Part shown: piece by piece, positions 13,051 through 20,633 of the stretch
Layout of the letters: each line of letters begins with the position of its first letter
How positions within the stretch are numbered: the stretch's first letter is position 1
NCBI GenBank assembly: GCA_934717745.1
Contig: CAKUZB010000007.1
Span: forward strand, 3,299 to 67,298
Source of the DNA: an uncultured Candidatus Melainabacteria bacterium
GTDB taxonomy: Bacteria; Cyanobacteriota; Vampirovibrionia; Gastranaerophilales; Gastranaerophilaceae
Length of the DNA stretch: 64,000 nt
Reading direction: 5' to 3'
The notes under the pieces: generated by a model
Database searches by the model: none
What the model was told of the DNA's origin: nothing
What the model saw: the letters and a program-made list of their open reading frames with translations, nothing else
Translations under genes and position numbers: made by a program

Positions 13051-14295
13051 CTATTCAAAAAAACTGTCAATATCGTTTACGCTTAATGACAAATCTCTTA
13101 ATTCATCATGTACTTTATATATATTGTCTACCGAAACATGCAAATTTTCAAGTAAATCTAAAGGAATGTTATCATAATTTAAATTTTCGTTACTCATTAT
13201 CGAATCAACTATCAAATTTGCAAGGTAAACAATTGAGCATTCTTTTTTAAACTTGAAACTATCTAGCGGATTGTGATGATATGTGATTATGTCGCAAAAA
13301 ATTTCAGGCAAATTCCACGAATATGCAACAATATTCGCTATTTCGCAATGATTTAAACCGCAAAATTTTTCTTCTGCTTTCATTGTTTCAGCATCAGAAA
13401 TGTTTTCTTGTTTGCAAACCTGTGAATAATTTTGCCAATCATATTGAGCCAAAATAATTTTTCCAATATCGTGCAAAAATGCTGCGGCAAAAATATCTTC
13501 TTTAAAATTTGATTCTACAAATTTTGATAACATTCTAGTACCTGATGCTACTAACAAAGAATATTTCCAAAATTCTTTGTAGTTAAAAGTTTGGTTATTT
13601 TTAACCACAAACATTTTATAAATACTTGCAGATAAAATAACACCTTTTATTGTTGTAAAACCTAAAATAGCAATTGCTTGTTGAATTGTAGAAATTTGTT
13701 TTGGAAAACCGTAATATGCGGAATTTACAAGTTTTAAAACTCTTGCGGTTAAACCAATGTCATTTGATATAACCTTTGATAAATCATTAACAGAAGCATT
13801 TTCATCTTGCATAATTTCAATTGATTTTGTAATTATTTCCGGCAAAGATGGAATATTTTTTATTTTTTCTGTTATAGTTGTTATTTTTCTTTCAAATTGA
13901 AGTGATTTTTCTTCTGTATCTTGAGTTAGATAGATAATTTCAACATTCATACGATTAAATTCATCAATAATCCAATCTCTAAAATCCTTGTTTCTGCTGA
14001 TTATATTTGGATTTGCCACAATTAATTTATCAGATGCCGAAATTTGACTGCTCATCATATTTAACAAAACCGGTTTGAAATCATCTCTGGTACTAGTTTC
14101 TTCGCAGATTTCATTCAACTCAAGTCCATGAATTTTGCAGAAATTTTTAATATCAGCCGACTGTTTTGACAATTCCTCGGTTAATATATTTTCATTAATT
14201 TCATAACTGCAAATATATGCTATAGTTCTCAATCGTATATCCTTATTTGAATTCAAAAAGATGTTTTGAATTACATTTTCTAAAATTTTCAACAA
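13051..14295 (-). CDS. HDOD-domain signalling protein with degenerate resolvase-like N-terminal domain
   Basis: C-terminal HDOD pattern (LPSLPEII..NDLSKVISND..LTARVLKLVNSAYYG..FLHDIGK). The N-terminal ~110 aa aligns by eye to the serine-recombinase catalytic-domain layout. The track start is TTG and overlaps the upstream TPR gene. An alternative TTG at 14232 has SD AAGGA. Confidence 0.7.
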   Translation of the reverse strand: MLKILENVIQNIFLNSNKDIRLRTIAYICSYEINENILTEELSKQSADIKNFCKIHGLELNEICEETSTRDDFKPVLLNMMSSQISASDKLIVANPNIISRNKDFRDWIIDEFNRMNVEIIYLTQDTEEKSLQFERKITTITEKIKNIPSLPEIITKSIEIMQDENASVNDLSKVISNDIGLTARVLKLVNSAYYGFPKQISTIQQAIAILGFTTIKGVILSASIYKMFVVKNNQTFNYKEFWKYSLLVASGTRMLSKFVESNFKEDIFAAAFLHDIGKIILAQYDWQNYSQVCKQENISDAETMKAEEKFCGLNHCEIANIVAYSWNLPEIFCDIITYHHNPLDSFKFKKECSIVYLANLIVDSIMSNENLNYDNIPLDLLENLHVSVDNIYKVHDELRDLSLSVNDIDSFFE

Positions 14296-15370
14296 TCGCA
14301 GTATCGCTTTCGTCTGAGGTTGAAACTTTACCTTTAACCATTACAAGTTGTTCTTGTTCTTGCTCTTGTTGAATTTGCTTTTCTTTTTTATTTTTCTTTT
14401 TTGAATTTTTGTCGTTGTTTTTTTCAGAACCCATATTTTGCACTTGTTTATCAATTTCATCGGTAACTTTGCCTGTAAGTCCCTTTTGCAAGGCTTGCAT
14501 TGATACAGAACTCAAAACGTCAAAAATATATTTTGAATGTACATCAGATGTTGTTGTAGAAAGCACTGCTGCCTTCTCCAGTTCATCTATCGCATAATTT
14601 TCCTCATGCAAATGCTTCAACATTAATCCAAGATTGTAATGAGCCTCGTAATTCATTGGTTCAGAGTCGATAGCCTTACAATAATACTCTCCGGCCTTTC
14701 TGTAATCGCCTAACAAGTGATATGTTAGGGCTAAATTATAATTCATATCATAATTATTTTTGACTATTTGAACGGCATTCTCATAAGCAACTATGGCTTT
14801 TCCTAACAATTCTTTTTTCTCTTTTTTTCTGTCTTTTGACAAATAAAGTGCTTTTTGTGAATATGCTCTGCCCATATTGTAGTATGCAATTGCTTTGTTT
14901 GCCGTTTCACTTTTTTTATTATCAAAAATAAATGGTATTGCAATAAGTTTATGTTGAGAGCCTACAATCGATTGATATTGCATAATTGCACTATCAAAAT
15001 CCCCTAATTTTTCTGCGGTAATTATACCCAAATTCATTCTTGCAACTGTATAATTATCTTTTGCTAAAATTGCATTTTGATATGCTTGAGTTGCTGAAAA
15101 ATAATCTTCGTACGCAACAAAAATATTACCTAAATTTAGCCATGCCTCATAATGTTGAGGAAATATGTCTAAACCAGTTTGGTAAGCATCAATAGCATCT
15201 TGCATTCGATGTTCCTTAAAGGCTTTATCACCGACATGCACAAAATACATTCCCCGAATCTTGTTAATCTGTTGCATGCCAAAATCTCTGCCAATAGTGC
15301 AACAATACAATAAAAACAACACTATCAGTCCAAGAAATATTTTTATAATAATATCTAGTATTTTACCCAT
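14243..15370 (-). CDS. membrane-anchored TPR-repeat protein
   Basis: N-terminal TM segment, multiple TPR-like A..Y....G repeats, K/E/Q-rich tail. Confidence 0.7.
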   Translation of the reverse strand: MGKILDIIIKIFLGLIVLFLLYCCTIGRDFGMQQINKIRGMYFVHVGDKAFKEHRMQDAIDAYQTGLDIFPQHYEAWLNLGNIFVAYEDYFSATQAYQNAILAKDNYTVARMNLGIITAEKLGDFDSAIMQYQSIVGSQHKLIAIPFIFDNKKSETANKAIAYYNMGRAYSQKALYLSKDRKKEKKELLGKAIVAYENAVQIVKNNYDMNYNLALTYHLLGDYRKAGEYYCKAIDSEPMNYEAHYNLGLMLKHLHEENYAIDELEKAAVLSTTTSDVHSKYIFDVLSSVSMQALQKGLTGKVTDEIDKQVQNMGSEKNNDKNSKKKNKKEKQIQQEQEQEQLVMVKGKVSTSDESDTAIVENFRKCNSKHLFEFK

Positions 15371-15419
15371 ATATTCATATTAATATCTTAATAATATACA
15401 CGCAAGTATTTATGTAAAA

Positions 15420-15989
15420 TTAATAATTTTCCATTAACTTATCGTAAAATTCTAAATGTCTTGTTGCAAGTTTTAATTTATTCAACTTTTTATAGCAAAA
15501 CGCAAGGTTGTATTGAAAATCAGGCTCTGTATTTTTTAATTCCACAGCCTTTTCTAAATATTTTCTGGCTTTTTTATATTCTCCTAATCTCAAATACGCA
15601 CAACCTAAATTGTAATATCCATAAGCAAAATCAGGTTTTAATTTAACTACAACCTTATAATTATCAATTGCAAGTTGAGGTCGTTCCTCATCAAGATAAA
15701 TGTTTGCAAGGTTATAATAAGGTTTGTAATATGTTTTATCAACTAAAATAGCACGTTTGAACATAAACGCAGCCTCTGAAATTTGATTTTTATCTTGTAA
15801 CAAGTTTCCCATCAATAACCAATCCTCAGCCGTTTTATCTGCCTCTGGAATTGATTGTAAAATCTTTATAGCCTCAACGATATTATTGTCATTATAATAA
15901 GCAATTGCCTGTTGAGATTTTGTCATTTCCTCTGCAAAAACAAAACCTCCAAGTGCAAAAATTAACAATGTGATTAAAAACTTCTTCAT
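15420..15989 (-). CDS. secreted TPR-repeat protein
   Basis: Signal peptide MKKFLITLLIFALGGFVFA (start moved to this ATG), followed by TPR repeats. Confidence 0.7.
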   Translation of the reverse strand: MKKFLITLLIFALGGFVFAEEMTKSQQAIAYYNDNNIVEAIKILQSIPEADKTAEDWLLMGNLLQDKNQISEAAFMFKRAILVDKTYYKPYYNLANIYLDEERPQLAIDNYKVVVKLKPDFAYGYYNLGCAYLRLGEYKKARKYLEKAVELKNTEPDFQYNLAFCYKKLNKLKLATRHLEFYDKLMENY

Positions 15990-16084
15990 ACAAAAATTAT
16001 AGATTAAATAAATAAAACAGTCCATTATTGGAAATAAAAAATAACATGTGTAACCATATTATTGATGTCTCTTTTACTGATTAC

Positions 16085-16122
16085 ACCCTCGTTTGTTGCG
16101 ATTTGGACGGGGGTTCTTTTTT
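16085..16122 (+). terminator. orphan plus-strand hairpin with T-run upstream of paralog A
   Basis: ACCCTCG-16nt loop-CGGGGGT followed by TCTTTTTTATTT. No upstream plus-strand gene. Confidence 0.35.
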
Positions 16123-16266
16123 ATTTGCGTTACAAAACTTAATAAAAGTCTGAAATCATGTCAATTATTGCGTTTGGAAATACTTTATATGTTTGTAAGG
16201 CTAGAAATCTTACGAAATTGGTTTAAATTGGTTAAAAAGATAACGCAAGTTATTGGAGGTTTTAAA

Positions 16267-16974
16267 ATGTCAGTAAATTTTGGTATGGTAAATCCGAATG
16301 CAGGAATGAGCATAATGGATATGCCAATCCTTAACGCATACTCTGGTACAGGAATGATGAATCCTGCAATGAGTTATGGATACGGTGCAGGAATCGGCAC
16401 TTTTGGCAATGTATTGAACCCTCAATATCAAATGCAAACAATGCAACAATGGGATAATTTTGGAATAAGCCGTCAGGTTGCTCAATATCAAAACCAAAAC
16501 AATGCTCAATTCCAAATGGCATCTCAAACAGAAAATATTTCAAGACAAATTCAAATCTTGAGAACTGAAATTCAAAACAACAATCAAGATAACGTTAAAG
16601 CGGAATATAATAAACTTTTAGCAGCGGTTAAAGCCTCTTATGGTTCACAAATTGCATCAGGAGTAAGTCCAGAAGAAGCAGAAGCACAAGTTAAAGCATA
16701 TGCAGAAAGATTATATGCTCAACAAACAGGCTCATATATAACAGATGATATTAAAAATAATTCATCAAGTTCATTCTGGTCAGGCGTTAAACAAATCTTG
16801 ACATTCGGCTTTGGCAACAAAACAACTGCTGATGAAAATATCTCAATGATTAACGGCACAAAACAAACTACCGCTTCTAAAGCATCTAGAGTTGCAGGTA
16901 ATGTTGTTGGCGGTTTATTCGGCGGTTTACTTGCTGTTGGTTCGTTCTTATTACTAAAAGGTAAAAAAGCATAA
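16267..16974 (+). CDS. tail-anchored Q/N-rich protein, paralog A (hypothetical)
   Basis: Start at ATG 16267 behind SD GGAGG (the track's N-terminal extension was rejected). Met/Gly/Pro/Asn-rich N-terminus and a C-terminal TM VVGGLFGGLLAVGSFLLL-KGKKA. The 3' 580 bp are identical to the 17199 gene. Confidence 0.75.
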   Translation: MSVNFGMVNPNAGMSIMDMPILNAYSGTGMMNPAMSYGYGAGIGTFGNVLNPQYQMQTMQQWDNFGISRQVAQYQNQNNAQFQMASQTENISRQIQILRTEIQNNNQDNVKAEYNKLLAAVKASYGSQIASGVSPEEAEAQVKAYAERLYAQQTGSYITDDIKNNSSSSFWSGVKQILTFGFGNKTTADENISMINGTKQTTASKASRVAGNVVGGLFGGLLAVGSFLLLKGKKA

Positions 16975-16977
16975 GAC
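16394..16977 (+). repeat. 584-bp perfect direct repeat, copy 1 (3' part of paralog A)
   Basis: Line-by-line comparison with 17350-17933 shows no mismatch. The offset is 956 bp. Confidence 0.9.
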
Positions 16978-17013
16978 TCAATAAATAAGAAGTTTTATTA
17001 TAAAGATATTTTT

Positions 17014-17058
17014 AAGTAGTAAAAGTTAGTCTTTTAAAGTCTAATTTTTACTACTTTG
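17014..17058 (+). terminator. terminator after paralog A
   Basis: Imperfect ~18-bp hairpin AGTAGTAAAAGTTAGTCT / AGTCTAATTTTTACTACT followed by TTTGTTT. Confidence 0.5.
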
Positions 17059-17198
17059 TTTACAAAACTTCACAAAACCCTAAAAACATGGCAATTATTG
17101 CGTTTCAAAATACTTTACATGTATGTAAGGAAAAATAAACTTACAAAAAATGGTTTAAATGGTTTCATAATAACGCAAGTTATTGGAGGTTTTAAAAA

Positions 17199-17930
17199 AT
17201 GACAGTTAATTTTGGCATGGCAAATCCATACATGTATAACATGGATGCAGACACAATTATGAATGCCCCAATATTAAATGCCAATACCGCAATGGGTGGT
17301 ATGGGATACGGATATGGAATGGCAGGAATGACAACTCCATATACCGGTGTCGGCACTTTTGGCAATGTATTGAACCCTCAATATCAAATGCAAACAATGC
17401 AACAATGGGATAATTTTGGAATAAGCCGTCAGGTTGCTCAATATCAAAACCAAAACAATGCTCAATTCCAAATGGCATCTCAAACAGAAAATATTTCAAG
17501 ACAAATTCAAATCTTGAGAACTGAAATTCAAAACAACAATCAAGATAACGTTAAAGCGGAATATAATAAACTTTTAGCAGCGGTTAAAGCCTCTTATGGT
17601 TCACAAATTGCATCAGGAGTAAGTCCAGAAGAAGCAGAAGCACAAGTTAAAGCATATGCAGAAAGATTATATGCTCAACAAACAGGCTCATATATAACAG
17701 ATGATATTAAAAATAATTCATCAAGTTCATTCTGGTCAGGCGTTAAACAAATCTTGACATTCGGCTTTGGCAACAAAACAACTGCTGATGAAAATATCTC
17801 AATGATTAACGGCACAAAACAAACTACCGCTTCTAAAGCATCTAGAGTTGCAGGTAATGTTGTTGGCGGTTTATTCGGCGGTTTACTTGCTGTTGGTTCG
17901 TTCTTATTACTAAAAGGTAAAAAAGCATAA
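17199..17930 (+). CDS. tail-anchored Q/N-rich protein, paralog B (hypothetical)
   Basis: Same SD and leader as paralog A, divergent first ~50 aa, identical C-terminal ~193 aa. Confidence 0.75.
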   Translation: MTVNFGMANPYMYNMDADTIMNAPILNANTAMGGMGYGYGMAGMTTPYTGVGTFGNVLNPQYQMQTMQQWDNFGISRQVAQYQNQNNAQFQMASQTENISRQIQILRTEIQNNNQDNVKAEYNKLLAAVKASYGSQIASGVSPEEAEAQVKAYAERLYAQQTGSYITDDIKNNSSSSFWSGVKQILTFGFGNKTTADENISMINGTKQTTASKASRVAGNVVGGLFGGLLAVGSFLLLKGKKA

Positions 17931-17933
17931 GAC
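17350..17933 (+). repeat. 584-bp perfect direct repeat, copy 2 (3' part of paralog B)
   Basis: See copy 1. Confidence 0.9.
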
Positions 17934-17964
17934 AAATCTCAATCAAAAAATCATAAATCATAAC

Positions 17965-17994
17965 AAAAATCAGCCTATATAGGCTGATTTTTGT
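17965..17994. terminator. bidirectional terminator between paralog B and ferritin
   Basis: AAAAATCAGCCTATA/TATAGGCTGATTTTT palindrome. Confidence 0.7.
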
Positions 17995-18011
17995 TGAATA
18001 ATGATGTAATT

Positions 18012-18500
18012 TTATTGACGTTGGCTAAGTTCTTTGTCAATCAAGTAAATTACACTTTTACTTTCGCCATATAGTTTTAATTTTGTATAGATATTGTACG
18101 CAGATTCTTCTTCCTCAATTTGTTCTTTTAGCATTTGTTCTAAAAAGTTTTGTGTTACAAAAGCATTTTCTTCTTTAGCCATAATTGCGATATTTCTTAT
18201 AACCTCTGTGATATGTTTTTCGTGAGCAAGAATTTGTTTTGCTGTTTCAATTGGCGAATGAAAAATACTTTCGGGTGTTGCTATTTGAGTAAGTTCAATT
18301 TTTCCGTTCATTGAGGTCATAAAGTTGAAAACCATCATTCCATGGTTAACTTCTTCCTCTGCTTGTTTTTTGCACCAATGCCCAAAACCGGATAACCCGT
18401 TTTCGTTAAAATAATGAGCCATCGATAAATATAGATATGCAGAGTAAAACTCTTTATTTATCTGCATATTAAGTGCGTTATTAATTCTTTCACTAAACAT
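18012..18500 (-). CDS. ftn: ferritin
   Basis: Ferritin-like four-helix protein (INKEFYSAYLYLSMAHYF.., EEVNHGM). Start at ATG 18500 behind SD AAGGAG, overlapping the dfx stop by 8 nt. Confidence 0.85.
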   Translation of the reverse strand: MFSERINNALNMQINKEFYSAYLYLSMAHYFNENGLSGFGHWCKKQAEEEVNHGMMVFNFMTSMNGKIELTQIATPESIFHSPIETAKQILAHEKHITEVIRNIAIMAKEENAFVTQNFLEQMLKEQIEEEESAYNIYTKLKLYGESKSVIYLIDKELSQRQ

Positions 18501-18891
18501 TAAAATCTCCTTTGAATAAGCCATGAATATTACATAATGCTCTTGCCCATAAAGAAGGACAATCGCATTTTACTCTTAATTCAGGTTCTTCTTGTATGTC
18601 TAAAAATTTTGTTTTTATATATTTTTTATCGTTTGAAATTGCTTGAATAAAATTAATATGATGTTCTTCACTCATCGGGTGTTTTTCTGCACCAATTCTA
18701 ATTTTTACACCTTCAATTGTTTTTTCAATTACAGGAATATGTTTATCTTTTAAACTTTCTTCTTCCGAAACATTTGTTTTAACAAGTTCCATAGGTTGTT
18801 CACAACAAACCAATTCTCCCTCACCTGCTTGTAATACTTCTACAAGATTTTGACAGACATTACATCTGTATAACTCTAATTTTTCAGTCAT
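18493..18891 (-). CDS. dfx: desulfoferrodoxin (superoxide reductase, 2Fe-SOR)
   Basis: N-terminal desulforedoxin CxxC..CC (YRCNVCQNLV..LVCCEQPM). SOR domain ending CNIHGLF. Start at ATG 18891 after SD GGAGAAATT. Confidence 0.88.
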   Translation of the reverse strand: MTEKLELYRCNVCQNLVEVLQAGEGELVCCEQPMELVKTNVSEEESLKDKHIPVIEKTIEGVKIRIGAEKHPMSEEHHINFIQAISNDKKYIKTKFLDIQEEPELRVKCDCPSLWARALCNIHGLFKGDFNV

Positions 18892-18974
18892 AATTTCTCC
18901 TTTCACGTGTAGTATATGGAGAAATATTAAATTTAACATTGGTAAGTTAACCCATTTGTGGTAACATATCGACT

Positions 18975-19589
18975 ATGGATAAGATAAAAAAACATTATGA
19001 AGAATTAATTCAACAATACCGACAAATATTCGTATCTGTATTGAATGCAATGCAGGGTGAAATCAATTCTTTAAAACACGAAGATATAAAAAATTATCTT
19101 GAAGTTGAAGTAGAAAAACATATTCAGTTGCAGAGAAATCTTGTTATTGAACGCAGAAAAAACTTCAACTGTAAAATGTGTGGTGCGTGTTGCAGACTTG
19201 CTATTAGCGAATTTTCACCTGCAAATTTATTAGAAAAAGCCTCAAAAGGTGATAACTATGCAAAAGAATTTATCTCAACATTTTCACCATACGAAAAAGA
19301 AGAAGATGCAGAAAAACAATTTCCCTTGTACATAGAATTAATCAAAGAATCCGGCGAAAATGTTTATTATTACCATTGCAAAAAAATTACAGAGGATAAT
19401 AAATGTTCTGACTATGAAAACAGACCTTCAATTTGTAGAGATTATCCGGATAATCCTATCCAATTACTTCACCCGACTTGTGCATTTATAGGTTGGCACG
19501 AAAGCATTCAAAAAATTGTTCTTATGATAAAAGCAATGAACGAAATCAGAGAACATTTTAAAAAAGAATTAGAAAAAGGGAATATTTAA
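18975..19589 (+). CDS. YkgJ-family cysteine-cluster protein
   Basis: CKMCGACCR plus distal Cys motifs (HCKK..CSDY..RPSICRDYP), typical of the UPF0153/YkgJ family. Confidence 0.65.
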   Translation: MDKIKKHYEELIQQYRQIFVSVLNAMQGEINSLKHEDIKNYLEVEVEKHIQLQRNLVIERRKNFNCKMCGACCRLAISEFSPANLLEKASKGDNYAKEFISTFSPYEKEEDAEKQFPLYIELIKESGENVYYYHCKKITEDNKCSDYENRPSICRDYPDNPIQLLHPTCAFIGWHESIQKIVLMIKAMNEIREHFKKELEKGNI

Positions 19590-19607
19590 CCCTTTATTGA
19601 GGAGAAA

Positions 19608-20633
19608 ATGGAAAAAACTATTCTTTCAGGTTTAAATTTAAACGAAATTGAAACGTTATTAGAACCGCTAAAAGCAAGTAAATTCAGAGCAAAGCAAATT
19701 ATGAACTGGGTTTATCTAAAATCTGTTTCTAATATTGATGAAATGACGGATTTGTCATTAAAATTCAGAGAACAACTGAAAGAAATAGCAACAGTAACAA
19801 GTACTATAATAAAAAGAAAACAAGTCAGTAAAGACGGAACAATAAAATATTTAGTTGAATTTCCTGACGGACAATGTGTAGAAACAGTTCTTATGCGATT
19901 TGATAATCGTGCAAATCTTACCGCTTGCGTAAGTTCACAAGTTGGTTGTGCGGTAAATTGTTCGTTCTGTGCAACCGGCAAGGGTGGATTTATCAGAAAC
20001 CTAACTGCCTCTGAAATTGTAGAGCAAGTGTTAACAATTCAAAGGGATACAGGTTTAAAGGTTACAAACGTTGTATTTATGGGACAAGGTGAACCTATGC
20101 TTAATCTTGATAACGTATTGCAAGCAATAGAAATCTTTAACATAAATTGTCAAATCGGTGCAAGAAGAATTACTGTTTCGACAAGTGGAATTGCACCTAA
20201 AATTTCAGAATTTGCAAAGGCTAATAATCAATCTACGCTGGCATGGTCGTTACATGCACCAACCGATGAAATCAGAAATAAAATTATGCCAATAAACAAA
20301 AAATATCCTCTTGCAGAAATGAAAAAAGCACTTGATAAATATTTTGAAATTGCAGGCAGACGTGTAACTATTGAATATCTTTTAATTAAGGATTTGACTG
20401 ACACAATGGACTGTGCAAAAAAATTGGCAGAATTACTTCATTCAATGAAGTGCAATGTTAATTTAATCCCTTATAATCCTGTTATTGAAAACGATTATAA
20501 AAAACCTTCAAATAATTCTATCATGAAGTTTAAATACATTTTAGAACATTCCGGAAAAAAAGTTACTGTAAGATTAGAGCGTGGTGCGGATATTGATGCT
20601 GCTTGCGGTCAATTAAGGGGGAAAGTTGAATAA
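19608..20633 (+). CDS. rlmN: 23S rRNA/tRNA A2503/A37 C2-methyltransferase RlmN (radical SAM)
   Basis: FRAKQIMNWVY N-terminus, radical SAM CAVNCSFCATG, C-terminal DIDAACGQL. Confidence 0.93.
   Translation: MEKTILSGLNLNEIETLLEPLKASKFRAKQIMNWVYLKSVSNIDEMTDLSLKFREQLKEIATVTSTIIKRKQVSKDGTIKYLVEFPDGQCVETVLMRFDNRANLTACVSSQVGCAVNCSFCATGKGGFIRNLTASEIVEQVLTIQRDTGLKVTNVVFMGQGEPMLNLDNVLQAIEIFNINCQIGARRITVSTSGIAPKISEFAKANNQSTLAWSLHAPTDEIRNKIMPINKKYPLAEMKKALDKYFEIAGRRVTIEYLLIKDLTDTMDCAKKLAELLHSMKCNVNLIPYNPVIENDYKKPSNNSIMKFKYILEHSGKKVTVRLERGADIDAACGQLRGKVE

Noticed and set aside
16093-16266. A 58-codon N-terminal extension of paralog A given in the ORF track.
   Set aside because: It starts at a non-ATG codon and covers the conserved leader region shared with paralog B. 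Paralog B starts at the equivalent ATG directly behind GGAGG.
18895-18974. A PerR/Fur-type box in the dfx / ykgJ divergent promoter (TTAAC-N8-GTTAA).
   Set aside because: There are only 5-bp arms in a very AT-rich spacer, which cannot be distinguished from chance by eye.
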